Assembly: GCF_009914755.1 (NCBI RefSeq)
Contig: NC_060928.1
Length of the DNA: 64,000 nucleotides
DNA from: the human T2T-CHM13v2.0 reference genome, Homo sapiens
Reading direction: 5' to 3' (one strand)
Shown here: positions 14,181 to 27,530 of the stretch, in pieces
Layout: every line of letters begins with the position of its first letter
Numbering within the stretch: position 1 is the first letter of the stretch
The notes under the pieces: model-generated
What the model saw: the letters and a program-made list of their open reading frames with translations, nothing else
Databases searched by the model: none
What the model was told of the DNA's origin: nothing
Translations under genes and position numbers: made by a program

Positions 14181-16969
14181 TGAGCAGTATTTGTAGAAAG
14201 TGTTAGGTTTTTTATCTCCTTATTGAAAGGAGCGTCTAGTTTCACACAATGGGAATGTTTTGCTTTCTTTTAATGTTATGGTACATTGTTCCACTTTTGA
14301 TAGTGAATAAAACAAGATCTCTGGCAAAAATATACAATAAATATTATCCCCCTTCTGTAGTCCTCGGCCTAGTTAAATCTGTATTACAGTTAAACCTAAA
14401 ATCCATTATGAATATGAAAACACCACCTTCATTTGCATTCAGCCATATCTGTAGGCAAAAAAGGTTATTTACTAGAAGAAAAATATAATTAATTTCTGAG
14501 ATGTTTTATTTTATTTGGAAAGCCTCCTCTCTCCAGGAACATAACAACGACTTACTGATTTAAAAGTCTTATACTTTAGAGGTGGTCAAAATACTTTTCT
14601 AACAATCATGATGGCTTGTGTTTCTAATCGCAGTAACACCTGGCTAGAAGATAAAAACGGTCTTCAGAGAACCTTTGGGCCTTTTTAGTTTTTGTCACCT
14701 CAATGTTGCTCTTGTATGCACCCGGGAAACTTGGGTGGGTTTTAATCTTTCCATTTAGCATTTGGTTAGTTGGTTTGTTTAATAACTAAGAGTACTGAAA
14801 CATACAAGTTGACTTACCAGTTTGTCAAGCCAAGGAGAAAAATACAATGCTGTCTGTGATACCCCAACGATAATAAAGAAGATAAAGGTGCCTACCCTGG
14901 AACAGCTTTGTAAAGTTCACTGTGGTGGGCATGGTCAAAGTAGTCTCATCGTGCTTGGGGATTCGAGTTGGAGCCTTTGGTAATGGTCATGTCAAGTCAA
15001 ATGACCCTTGAAAAAAGTAAAAGCCATCATAGGCAGAACCCACACAATATTTTCATCATAGTAGGCCCCTTTCGCTCCAGTATATTCTCTGTTCTTCATT
15101 TGAACACCAGCGGAAGTAGTTTGCTTGGATTGAGAAGATCTATCATATATTAAAAAAACAGTCTCAACACAACTTGGAAGCTGAGATTGATGGTGGTAAT
15201 ATCAAATTGATCTCTCTTAATTCATGATATAGGAGAAAACTCAGTGGCATACGGTAGATCTGCAGTTGTATTTATGTGATTAAATGTGTATTTTAAATAA
15301 TTTCATCACATTTGTTTTCTGCACAGGAAAATTCTTTTACTGGGACCAGCTCCTTCTCTGCTCTATCCATATACCAGTAACTGGGACGGCCATGTTTTTA
15401 CAGAGCCTCACCCCTCCCACAGTCTGGACCAATCCCTGCACTTTCCTGAGATATTTTAAATTTCAGAGCACAGAGAGGGTGATACAGTCTCCCTCTTGTG
15501 GTCAAAGCCAAAAAATGTGAATCCTGTTTTCCATATGCCTCCACAGAAATAGAACATACAGTGAAAAAATTAATAGTAAGAATACAGTTGAAAGGCAGAC
15601 AGATGGAGCTTTGAGACCTGGAGGGAGGGTCTATAGCTTTCAAACCCCTGATTCCGTTTGTTCGTGAGATTCTGCAGGATCCCGCCCTTGTCTGACTGTT
15701 CAACTCTGTACTAATTGTGAAAGTTGGTAAATGATCCCTCTAGCCAATAGCTTGCTAGGGTTAACTTTCTGCCACTTGCAACTACATTGATATAGTCACC
15801 AAAGTGTTTACTTAGATCAATGTTCTCCCCAGCAAAGACAGAAATAGCAAACTGATAAAAACTTTATTACTGGCATAAATGTATAGTGGCCTTACCTTTG
15901 CAAAAACACTTCACTTGGATAGTCCAACACGACTTAACAGTTTATTTTTGTTCTCTGGGTTTTAATTTCCTCATCAATGAAATGGTAGGGTTGAGCTAGA
16001 TCAGAAGAACTAAGGGAGCCCCATGGACCACCTAGCCGCACCGCAGTGAGTGTGCGCTCATTCTGACATTCTTTCCCAAGGACTTTCAGTTCTGCTTCAG
16101 AAGACTTCTCTCCGCAGTATGCGGGGTGGAATTTACTTTTCGTTCCTGAACCTTAAATGATCTCGAAATGCCATTATAACCTTGCTAACAATGTAGTGAA
16201 TTAGACCAGGCAAGTAACTGATTCCCATTACACGAGTAAGGAAATTGAGTCACAGAGAAACTTGTAGTTTAGATAAACCTGTTCAGCTTCTTTTTAACCC
16301 TCTTTCCCCTCTTCATGTGTACCTGGGGAGGTGGAAGGAGGATGAAAGACTGTGGCTGTTCTTTAGTAGTTTCTTTCCTTGGAAAAAGAACAGGGTGGGG
16401 CATGCCACTGCTCTCGAAGGCTTCTGTACTCTTGCATCGGAAATCATCTCCTTTTCTTCTCCATCCCTTTGTCTCTCCTAACTTATTGCATCACATCAGC
16501 ACCAGCTGGCTGTACCCCATATTAGAGGAAGATGGGGCCCAGCCAATGATTGCTTCTCTGAACTAAGCTGTACGCTGGTGAGTAGCATTCCCAAAGGGGT
16601 TTAACTTAGGAGTGGGAAATAACAGAGAAACTTGTTCAGAGACCAACTTTTGAACCCAAGCAGAGATGCAAATTTGGGGTCTAGGCGTGCCATTTAGTCA
16701 ACCCTGCAAATTAGCACATGCTCGCTTGCCTGGAGCCCTGAAAGAAACCAGGAAGGGACCACAAGGAATTCCAGTCTGTTCTGTTTCTCCTTCAATTGAC
16801 TTTTGGTCATGTTTTAGTTGGTATTTGCTTCTGTGGGTGCCTATGGCTGAAGGTAAATGTTTGTTTTCTTAACCTGGGCATCAACAAGCAGAGATGACAT
16901 AAAAATGAGTTTAGATTGAAAGTTAATAATGGTAAATTTTAACAGTAAACTAGGAAGAAAAATAGAGCA

Positions 16970-17041
16970 TGTGTATAATTTATATAATATTATGTATTTA
17001 TATATAATTTATATATTTACATATATATATGCACACACACA
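16970..17041. repeat. (TA)n/(CA)n low-complexity tract
   Basis: Seen directly. Confidence 0.85.
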
Positions 17042-17794
17042 AAAGCTGAAAAATTAGTCCAAAAATTAAATTACAACCTAGTCAACTCCATAGCTAAGAA
17101 TCTTCCTTTTTTTTTCCTTTAAAGGTCACCATTCACAATTACTGTTCATGGGTGCAGGGGTGAGGATGACTGTATTTAGGTGCAATTGTTTAAATTTATG
17201 CTCTTCATAAAAGCAAGTGTCTCACTCTGACAAGGGTTGTAACCCTCATGCATTTCCTACAGCTCTAGCTGAATTGGAACTATTAGGTCCCGTTCACTTA
17301 CACCTTCTCAGAGAAGATTCCATTTCCCAATTATTGGAACATTGAGTCAAATAAAAGCAAATGTTGTTAAAGAAAACAACATGGAAAGAGTCTTTCGATA
17401 TCTAAAGAAAGCTGGGGATTGATCGAAACTAAGTAGTTGAAAATGCATCTCTATCCATGACTTGAACCACAAAGGTGGTGGGAGGCGGGGTAAAGGAAAG
17501 AGGGATAGGAACTTGGAGCAGGGGCAAGAAAGAGAGAAAATTTATTGAAGTAGAGAAAGATAATTGGTATCTGGAATTTCCTCTGCAATTTAAGGCTGTC
17601 AGGCCAGCATCTTGCACATCTTCCCACATTGAACACATCGCTATTACGGAAGCAGAGCTCTATTCTAGGATAGATTAAAGAGCTGATAGGTGAAACCAGC
17701 TGCAGAGAGCATCTGTTTTGTTTTTGTTTTTGTTTTTATTTTTTTTTTATTTCAGAGCAGGAGTCCTTGCAGAACTAGAAAAATACAGATTCCA

Positions 17795-18107
<313 letters not shown>

Positions 18108-18602
18108 AGAAAAATACAGATTCCAGAGTTCTTAGGAGGTTGTAGTCTAGGAGGGAGTTTTCACAACCTTCCAATCTTTAAAGTGCACTGAGCTCAATGA
18201 ATTCCCATGAGTCCTTCCAACACGTGACTTGCCATAGCAACTTTATCTTCCAAAATATTACTGGGGTGAAAAGACCTGGAGCACAGCTTCACTTTTACCC
18301 AAGGTATTTCCTATTCATTGCCTTATTATTTGACTAACGCCTGGGTGGCTATGTTTGCAGATCCTGTCTTCTAGGCTACCGTGAGGAGTTGCTCCATTAC
18401 TTATTTCCTAAATGAATAGAACTACCTCTTCTCAGTCATCACAGCCTAAGCAAATGGTTTGAAATGATAAACCTGCCAAACAGCTTGTGGTCACACAGCT
18501 GACTTGTAGAATCTTTAGGAGCTTTGATTAGTATGACTTGTGGGGGTGTTGGAAAAAGAGAAGTCACTTAGGATAACATTTGTTAAGAATCAGTGGTATG
18601 TC

Positions 18603-18979
18603 CTATGCAGCCATGAAAAAAGATGAGTTCATGTCCTTTGCAGGGACATGGATGAAGCTGGAAACCATCATTCTCAGCAAACTAACACAGGAACAGAAAA
18701 CCAAACACCACATTTTCTCACGCATAAGTGGGAGCCGCACAATAAGAACACATGTACACAGGGAGGGGAACATCATACACTGGGGTCTGTCGGGGGTGGG
18801 GGGCTAGGGGAGGGATAGCATTAGGAGAAATACCTAAGGTAGATGATGGGTTCATGGGTGCAGCAAACCACAATGGCACATGTATATCTATGTAACAAAC
18901 CTGCACGTTCTGCACATGTATCCCAGAACTTAAAGTATAATTTAAAAAAAAGAAAGGAAAATAAATCATTATGTGAAAA
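18603..18979 (+). mobile_element. 5'-truncated L1PA7/8-like 3' end (ORF2 C-terminus plus 3' UTR)
   Basis: Translates to YAAMKKDEFMSFAGTWMKLETIILSKLTQEQKTKH (ORF2p end); ends 'cccagaacttaaagtataat'; TSD aagaatcagtggtatgtc / aaaaatcagtagtatgtc. Confidence 0.95.
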
Positions 18980-19180
18980 AAAAATCAGTAGTATGTCAAG
19001 AAATTTAATTTCAGTATATTTTCATAATAACCCTGCAAAGAAAACCTGGTTATTCCCCTTTTTCATTGAGGAAACATAAGACTTCTCAAGAATCTCCAAC
19101 GTTCTTGGCTAGGCTCGAGGGGGCAGAACTCAGTTGTCTTTGACTCCAAAAACTCACGAACCACAGAAAGTGCATCAACC

Positions 19181-19489
19181 TTTTTTTTTTTTTTTTTTTT
19201 TTTCAAAGCGGAGTCTATCTCTGTCACCCAGGCTGAAGTGTAGTGGCGCGATCTCGGCTCACTACAACCTCTGCCTCCCAGATTCAAACAATTTTCCTGC
19301 CTCAGCCTCCCGAGTAGCTGAGATTACAGGCGCCTGTGATAATGCCCGGCTAAATTTTGTATTATTAGTAGAGATGATGGGGTTTCACCATGTTGACCAG
19401 GCTGGTCTCAAACTCCTGACCTCAGGTGATCTGCCTGCCTCGGCCTCCCTAAATGCTGGAATTACAGGTGTGAGCCACCGCGCCCGGCC
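19181..19489 (-). mobile_element. AluSx/Sz
   Basis: Full dimer; TSD aagtgcatcaacct / aagtgcgtcaactt. Confidence 0.95.
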
Positions 19490-19809
19490 AAGTGCGTCAA
19501 CTTTTAAAGCTGCGTTACCTCCTTCTGAAAGCCCATTTGAACAGTGAACTTTTATGGTATGAAGAGTGTATTCCTATACGCCAATATGTTAGAAGATTCT
19601 GTGGATTAGTAGCAGTGCTTTTTAAGCTTTTTTGTTCATGGTGCAAATAAGGAATGAATTTTATATTAGGACCCTGTACACACATACCTATTCTATGTCT
19701 ATAAAAGTACATTTGTAACTGAAAACCACTCACAAAACAATACCTTCTTTTATATGTGAAAAGCATTCTGATATGTTCTAGTGTATTTTCAGACTATGTA
19801 TAATACTAG

Positions 19810-20010
19810 AACAGTGGTTTTGAGTACTCATTATGGAGCAAAACCAGCTGGGATCATATGTGCATGCAGATACTTGACAATCGTTGTAGGAACTTGGAAA
19901 AGCAACTTAACCTATAAAAACAATTATACCTCAAAAGGTTGTCATGAAGATTAAATAAATATTATGTGAAAATCACTGACATAAAAAGTACCCAACAAAT
20001 GTTGGCTCTT
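19810..20010 (+). mobile_element. MIR
   Basis: 'acctcaaaaggttgtcatgaagattaaataaat...aaagtacccaacaaatgttggct'. Confidence 0.6.
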
Positions 20011-20334
20011 ACTCTGTTAGGACCTCAGCACAGGGCCTAGATGGAGCAGCTTTACAATGACTGACACATAAAAGCACCACAAAAAGGTTTGCTGTTTGTG
20101 ATGCTGTGTACTTATTATGTCTACTAAGTGTAGGGAAATGTGATAGGATGTATAAACAAAAGAAATTGGATAATATTTACATAGATGAGCAAAAGGAATG
20201 GGACATCACACAACAAACAATTTTGTGGAGACAGATTTTTTTTTTTTAAATCTGAGATCAGATTCTTAGTCATTTCCTTTTATAATTTAATATAAAAATA
20301 AATATGGTATATGTATTTGTCTAGTCCCTTATTT

Positions 20335-20446
20335 GAGGCTACTTCTCCCACTAGACTGTAAACCTTTTTAGGGCTAAGACTGTGTCTGTTAACCCACCAC
20401 TGTATTTTCTTGGCCTGTAGCCATATCTTTGACGTAGAAATCATTC
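20335..20446 (+). mobile_element. L2 3'-end fragment
   Basis: 'ttctcccactagactgtaaacctttttagggctaagactgtgtctgtt'. Confidence 0.65.
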
Positions 20447-20460
20447 AAATTACTACTTAC

Positions 20461-20613
20461 GGCCGGGCACGGTGGCTCACGCCTGTGATCCCAGCACTTT
20501 GGGAGGCTGAGGAGGGTGGATCACAAGGTCAGGAGATTGAGACCATCTTGGCTAACATGGTGAAACCCCTTCTCTACTAAAAATACAAAAAATTAGCCTG
20601 GCGTGGTGGCAGG
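20461..20613 (+). mobile_element. AluY 5' part (left arm, linker and start of right arm), interrupted by HERV-H
   Basis: 'ggccgggcacggtggctcac...ggctaacatggtg...aattagcctggcgtggtggcagg' then the LTR7 end; left Alu TSD AAATTACTACTTAC at 20447-20460. Confidence 0.95.
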
Positions 20614-21064
20614 TTTCATGCGCGTCCCTGTGAAGAGCCCACCAAACAGGCTTTGTGTGAGCAATAAAGCTTTTAATCACCTGGGTGCAGGCGGGCTGAG
20701 TCTGAAAAGAGAGTCAGCGAAGGGTGATAAGGGTGGGGCCGTTTTATAGGATTTGGGAAGGTAAAGGAAAATTACAGTCAAAGAGGGTTTGTTCTCTGGC
20801 GGGCAGGAGTGGGGGTGGCAAGGTGCTCAGTGGGGGTGCTTTTTGAGCCAGGATGAGCCAGGGAAAGGACTTTCACAAGGTAATGTCATCACTTAAGGCA
20901 AGGACTGGCCATTTACACTTCTTTTGTGGTAGAATGTCATCAGCTAAGGTGAGGCAGGGCATATTCACTTCTTTTGTGATTCTTCAGTTACTTCAGGCCA
21001 TCTGGGCGTATACGTGCAAGTCACAGGGGATGCGATGGCTTGGCTTGGGCTCAGAGGCCTGACA
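20614..21064 (-). mobile_element. HERV-H 3' LTR (LTR7, probably LTR7up-type)
   Basis: Minus strand reads TGTCAGGCCTCTGAGCCCAAGCC...GGACGCGCATGAAA; two ACAAAAGA motifs; ATTAAA poly(A) signal (plus-strand tttaat, 20672-20677). Confidence 0.96.
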
Positions 21065-21082
21065 TTCCTGCCTTCTTATATT
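21065..21082 (-). other. HERV-H polypurine tract
   Basis: Minus-strand AATATAAGAAGGCAGGAA abuts the 3' LTR. Confidence 0.85.
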
Positions 21083-21233
21083 AATAAGAAAAATAAAACA
21101 AAATAGTGTTGAAGTGTTGGGGTGGCAAAAATTTTGGGGGGGTGATATGGAGAGAGAGAATGGGCGATGTTTCTCAGGGCTGCTTCAAGCGGCATTAGGG
21201 TCGGCGTGGGAACCTAGAGTGGGAGACATTAAG

Positions 21234-22600
21234 ATTTTAGTTTCCTGACTCCGGACATGTTGAGTAAAGCTAATTTGCCAGTCCTGGGTGGGGGCAAATC
21301 CTCGAGCTTGATGTGTAGGGAAGGGAGGGGGCCTGAATAATCCCTGAGGAATAGTAGAATAGCAGATGGAACACTGAGAAATTATTTCCTTGAGGATAGA
21401 TTTCCACGATGGAAAGGAAATGAGAGGTTCTGAGAGGCGGGCTAGTGGCTTGTACTATAGCATAGCCTGCCTTTGCTGGTGTGTGGCGATTAGGCCTGGT
21501 GGAACTGCCATCAATAAATCAAGCGTGATCAGGGTGAGGAACAGGAAAGAAGGAAATATGGGGAAATGGGGTGAATGTCAGGTGGATCAGAGAGATACAG
21601 TCATGGGGGTCAGGTGTGGTATCAGGAATAATGTGGGAGGCCAGATTGAAGTCTGGGCCAGGAACAACGGTAATTGTGGGAGACTCAACAAAGAGTGAGT
21701 ACAGCTGAAGGAGCCGGGAAGCAGAAAGTATATGCGTCAGGTATGAGGAAGAAAATAGATTTTGGAAGTTATGAGAACTGTAGAGAGTGAGTTGAGCATA
21801 GTTTGTGATTTTGAGGGCCTCTAAAAGTATTAAAGCAGCGGCAGCCGCTGCACGCAGACATGAGGGCTAGGCTAAAACAGTAAGGTCAAGCTGTTTGGAC
21901 AGAAAGGCTACAGGGTATGGTCCTGGCTCTTGTGTAAGAATTCTGACCGCGCTAACCATGCCTAGGAAGGAAAGGAGTTGTTGTTTTGTAGAAGGTGCTG
22001 GGCTTTGAGAGATCAGTCGGACACGATTGGCAGGGAGAGCACGTGTGTTTTTATGAGAATTATGCCGAGATAGGTAACAGATGAGGAAGAAATTTGGGCT
22101 TGATTGAAGTAATGGGGGCTGTCTGTGAAGCTTTGCAGCAGTACAGCCTAGGTAATTTGCTGAGCTTGATGGGTGTCAGGGTCAGTCCAAGTGAAAGTGA
22201 AGAGAGGCTGGGATTAAGGGTGCAAAGGAATAGTAAAGAAAGCATGTTTGAGATCTAGAACAGAATAATGGGTTGTAGAGGCAGGTATTGAGGATAGGAG
22301 AGTATATGGGTTTGGCACCACGGGGTGGATAGGCAAAACAATTTGGTTGATAAGGCGCAGATCCTGAACTAACTTGTAAGGCTTGTCTGGTTTTAGGACA
22401 GGTAAAGTGGGGGAATTGTAAGGAGAGTTTATAGGCTTTAAAAGGCCATACTGTAGCAGGCAAGTGATAACAGGCTTTAATCTTTTTAAAGCATGCTGCG
22501 GGATGGGATATTGGCATTGAGTGGGGTAAGGGTGATTAGGTTTTAATGAGATGGTAAGGGGTGCATGATCGGTCACCAAGGAGGGAGTAGAGGTATCTTA
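21234..22600 (-). pseudogene. pol: HERV-H pol remnant (RT N-terminus, RNase H piece, integrase N-terminus), disrupted
   Basis: ORFs give SPYNSPTLPVLKPDKPYKLVQDLRLIN...HYSVLDLKHAFFTIPLHP (RT); near 21260-21410 the minus strand reads CSICYSTIPQGLFRPPPFPTHQARGFAPTQDWQISFT (IN); multiple frameshifts and stops. Confidence 0.93.
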
Positions 22601-22699
22601 TACTTGTGGGTTAAGGTGGGGGGATATAAGAGGAGGACGCAAAGGAGGCTTTGGATTGGGAAGAAGGGCGGCAATGAGATATAGCTGTAGTCCAGGATA

Positions 22700-22990
22700 G
22701 TCAGGGAAGCAGATAATTTAGTTAAAGTGTCTCAGCCTAATAAGGGAACTGCGCAGGTGGGGATAACTAAAAAGGAGTGCTTAAAAGAGTGTTGTCTAAG
22801 TTGGCACCAGAGTTGGGGAGTTTTAAGAGGTTTAGAAGCCTGGCCGTCAATACCCACAACAGTTACGGAGGCAAGGGAAACAGGCCCTTGAAAAGAAGGT
22901 AATGTGGAGTGGGTAGCCTCCATATTGATTGAGAAGGGGACGGGCTTACCTTCCACTGTGAGAGTTACCCGAAGCTCGGCGTCCGTGATG
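22700..22990 (-). pseudogene. pro: HERV-H protease remnant
   Basis: GKPVPFSINMEATHSTLPSFQG...VVGIDG...PLLG; the DTG active site is replaced by NME. Confidence 0.88.
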
Positions 22991-22999
22991 GTCTGGGGG

Positions 23000-24242
23000 C
23001 TTCCGAGGCGATTGGGCAGTGTCAGTCTTCAGCCGCTAAGCCGAGAAGATCTGGGAAGGAGTCAGTCAGAGAGCCTTGGGCCAGAGTTCCAGGGCCTCTG
23101 GGAGTGGCTGCCAGGTGAGTTGAACAGTCCGATTTTCAGTGGGGTCCCACACAGATGGGACGCAGCTTAGGAGGAACCCTGGGCTGTGGGCATTCCTTGG
23201 CTTGGTGGTCAGATTTCTGGCACTTGTAGCAAGCTCCTGTGGGAGGAGGTTCTAGAGGAACACCTGGCCACTGCAGTTCAGGCGTTTAGAAGTTCTTGTG
23301 TGCTGGAGATGTGGCTGGGGTTTGTCTCACAGTGGAGGCAAGGAATTGCAACTTTTTTCTATTATTGTACACCTTGAAGGCGAGGTTAATTAAATCCTGT
23401 TGTGGGGTTTGAGGGCTGGAATTTAATATTTGGAGTTTTAATGTCAGGAGCAGATTGGGTAATAAAATGTATTTTGAGAATAAGACGGCCTTTTGACTTT
23501 TTAGGGTCTAGGGCTGTAAAGCGTCTCAGGGTTGCTGGGGAACGAGCCATGAACTGGGCTGGGTTTTTATATTTGATGAAAAAGAGCCTAAACGCTATCT
23601 GATTTGGGATAAAGAAAAAGGAGCATTAACCTTGGCTATGCCTTTGGCTCCAGCCACCTTTTAAGAGTAAATTGCTGGGCAGGTGGGGGAGGACTAGTCA
23701 CAGAACGAAACTGTAAGTCGGACCAGGTGTGAGGAGGGGAGGTGATAAAAAGATTATAGGGTGGAGGAGCGGAGGCTGAGGAAGAATTGGGACCTAGCTC
23801 TGCCTGGCGAGGAGCAGGCTGGGGAGGAAGGGAGAGGTCAGATGGGTCTGTAGAAAAGGAAGATTAGAAAGACTCAGCGACGCTTGGGGTTGGGACTGAG
23901 GGGACAGGCGGGAGGGAAAGAAGGAAGATTTGGGACGAGTTGCACTGGGCACAGAGACCAGGACGGGACTGATGTGTAAAAGAATGCCTGGACGTCAGGC
24001 ACCTCAGACCGTTTGCCTATTTTATGACAAGAATTATTTAGATCTTGCAGGATGGAAAAATTCAAAGTGCCATTTTCTGGCTATTTGGAACTACTGTCGA
24101 GTTTGTATTGGGGTCAAGTGGCATTGCAGAAGAAAATAAGGCATTTAGGTTTTAGGTCACGTGTGAGTTGAAGAGGTTTTAAGTTTTTGAGAACACAGGC
24201 TAAGGGAGAAGAAGGAGGAATGGAAGGTGGAAGCTTATCCAT
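23000..24242 (-). pseudogene. gag: HERV-H gag remnant
   Basis: Start MDKLPPSIPPSSPLACVLKNLKPLQL (ATG at 24242-24240; Gly2 lost); zinc knuckle CYKCQKSDHQAKEC at ~23188-23231; the second knuckle has a stop. Confidence 0.88.
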
Positions 24243-24324
24243 AGTGAAGGGGCAAGCCCAGAGAAAAGAGTAGAGACACGGAGAAGGGGTGGGGGGTTCT
24301 TGCCCTCCAGAAAAGCAGAGAAGC

Positions 24325-24733
24325 GGTTGGGGCACGGAAATAAGGGATTGGGGCACAGAGGTAAGAGGTCAGGGTGCGGAAATAAGGGATTGGAGCACAG
24401 AGATAAGAGGTTGGGGTGCGGAAATAAGCGATTGGGGGGTTCTTGCCCCCTAGGGAAGCGGGACTTGCCGCTAAGGGTGAAGGAGAAGGGGTTGAGGGGT
24501 ACTTGCCCCTGCCCCAGGAAAGCAGAGAAGGGGTAGAGACAAGGAGAGAAGGGGTTGAGGTACTTGCCCCTTCCCCAGAAAAGTGGGACTTGCCGCTAAG
24601 GGTGAAGGAGAAGGGGTTGAGGGGTTCTTGCCCCTGCCTCAGGAAAGCAGAGAAGGGGTAGAGACAAGGAGAGAAGGGGTTGAGGTACTTGCCTCTTCCC
24701 CAGAAAAGTGGGACTTGCCGCTAAGGGTAAAGG
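24325..24733. repeat. HERV-H leader tandem repeats (~42-bp x2.5 and 125-bp x2.2)
   Basis: 'ggacttgccgctaagggt' recurs at 24461, 24586 and 24711; 'cggaaataag' recurs at 42-bp spacing. Confidence 0.9.
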
Positions 24734-25007
24734 ACCAAGGCAGGTGTCCCTGCGTGGTCTGACACCCTTGAAATGTGGGTGTATAATCAGAGAGGTGTCC
24801 CTGCAATGATTAAACACCAAGGGAAGGCTGCCTTCCCAGTCTGTGACCGGTGCCGGAGTTTTGGGTCCACGGATAAAACGTGTCTCCTTTGTCTCTCCCA
24901 GAAAATGAAAGGAATTGAAATTAAGAGAAGGGAGAGATTGAAGAGTGGAAAGAAGAAAGTGGTTGAGGGACAGTGAGAGAGGTTGGAGAAGAGAGTAAGA
25001 AGAGGCC

Positions 25008-25016
25008 GCTTACCTG
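25008..25016 (-). promoter_or_regulatory. HERV-H major splice donor CAG|GTAAGC
   Basis: Plus-strand 'gcttacctg' in the leader, ~130 nt downstream of the PBS. Confidence 0.85.
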
Positions 25017-25140
25017 ATTTAAAATTGGTGAGATGTTCCTTGGGCTGGTCCGGTCTGAGGACCTGAGGTCATAGGTGGATCTTTCTCACGGAGCAAAGAA
25101 CAGGAGGACAGGGGATTGATCTCCTAAGGGAGGTCCCCCG

Positions 25141-25158
25141 ATCTGAGTCGTGGCACCA
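25141..25158 (-). other. Primer-binding site for tRNA-His
   Basis: TGGTGCCACGACTCAGAT versus expected TGGTGCCGTGACTCGGAT (3 mismatches), 2 nt from the 5' LTR. Confidence 0.9.
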
Positions 25159-25160
25159 AA

Positions 25161-25763
<603 letters not shown>

Positions 25764-27309
25764 AAATTACTACTTACTAAATGGAAACACAAATGAATGG
25801 AGCAGCATTGTTAGTTTGTTTGTATCCATACAACTTTATTTGCTTTTTGAAATCATGTTGGGACCCTCATAATATATAGTTATTGAGTATTTACAATGTG
25901 CTTTCCCAAGCCTCACTCCCACAAAAAGCTAGATTTGGAGAGATTTGACATTTCTCTGTGAAACACATCTTTCTAGGCATGTGACGCCTCTCAAGAGCAC
26001 GATGTAAGGGCTCCAAGATGAGTTTGGGCTTCCCAGTTCCCCAAGTTAGGAAACTGGTAGCCCATGAATCCTTAAGCCATCTCCTAACCCATAGAGGGGA
26101 GAGGAGCTGAATGAGATTATATCACCTAAAACTTCCTTTTGCAGGTTTTTTTGTTGCTGCTGTTTTGTTTTTTGCCTTTCTATATTGATCTGGGCAACAG
26201 CACAGAGGGAACTGGTGGTAGGAGAAAAGTACTGACATCCAAGAGGGAAAAGACCTGTGAGATTATGACACATTGTTTCCTGCTGAGCTTTCCAGCTTCT
26301 TTTCATGCCCAATTGGCATTTTACCCTTAACCACACTCATTTCCATTTCTGTTAATAGAAGTGCAAGGGAATTGCAAAGTTGGAATTCTCCAAAGCATTG
26401 AGGGATGAATCATGTTTCCAAGTAGAATGGTCATGATTCACCTCTCTAAGTGGGAGATGGTAGAAGGAGCAATTCTGAGATGGATAAGCCAATTATGTAG
26501 CATTGCTGAATGACTATTGCTTACCTAGTATTGTGCAGGCAAAACAGAGGAGAAGAAAACAGAAAACTCCATCCTGTTCAAGAAGCTGGCATGCTTTCTT
26601 TGCAGTAGGAGACAATTGACTAAAATATAAAAGATATAAAACCCAGAGGGTATGACTTGTTCCTTGTTAATCTCTGATCCTCTCTACTTAGCACACAGTA
26701 GGTAAATGTTAGGAGTTGACCAATGAACAATTTAAAGTGGAGCAAGCTTAACCCTTGGAGTTGAACAGATGCAGATCTCAGATTTGTCATTTTCCAGATA
26801 TGCTGATTCTATACAATTTTTTTGATCCAAGTGTTGACTTTCACAACTTCCTTCATCTTATCTTAAAAATAGAAACATGAAAGATTAAGTGGATCAGAAC
26901 TAAAACATCCAGGACAATGCCTGACAAAGAGTAATGCTCAGGAAGTGGTTATTGCCTTGTGATTGTTGTTGAGATCACATGTTAGCTCATATTCAGCATG
27001 GATGCCTCCTTCTTCTATACATGAGGATCCCTAGACAAAGCAGAGAGCAGAACACAATCCCAACATGTACCTAGAAGTAGCCCTGGAGATGTCCCCAATT
27101 TAAATATGTTCCTCAAATTTCTCCCTCACTCACATTCTGCTAATCTTAAGCTCTACTCTTAGCCATTCTGAGATAATACTGATACCTGGTATCATATAAA
27201 GGTAGCCTAATTTATATCCCGACAAATCAACAGAGGCCCAATCTCACTAGAATGATGCTACCAGGAAGTAGGGTGACACTAGAGGGTGGAAAGACATAAA
27301 GCAGAAACA

Positions 27310-27530
27310 AGATTTACATGATAAAAAGAGAACACACTTTTCTGAAAAATCCTGAGTTCAAGTTCAAGTTGTGAAATATACTAAGCTATATGCCCTAGGG
27401 CAAATTATTTAATCTTTCATAATTATACATTCTAAATTTTGATGTTATCTTCAAGGTTATTGCCAGAATTACATGGCATAATGTTTCACACGTTTAACAT
27501 AGTTCCTGACACAGAATAATTACCCAGTAC
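27310..27530 (+). mobile_element. MIR
   Basis: 'cctgagttcaagttcaag...agctatatgccctagggcaaattatttaatcttt...aacatagttcctgacacaga'. Confidence 0.6.

Noticed and set aside
16020-16170. Small CpG-enriched patch as a CpG island or promoter
   Set aside because: Too short and sparse, with no convincing motif.
20461-20675. Pol III chimeric RNA from the Alu left arm into antisense LTR7, ending at TTTT (20671)
   Set aside because: The A box is intact but the B box has decayed (gattgagac), so there is no positive support.
22182-24356. HERV-H gag/pro/pol ORFs as functional genes
   Set aside because: Fragmented by stops, frameshifts and deletions; the protease active site and Gag Gly2 are lost.
24325-24733. 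Regularly spaced repeats resembling a CRISPR array
   Set aside because: The intervening sequences are themselves repeated, this is a retroviral leader in human DNA, and there are no cas genes.
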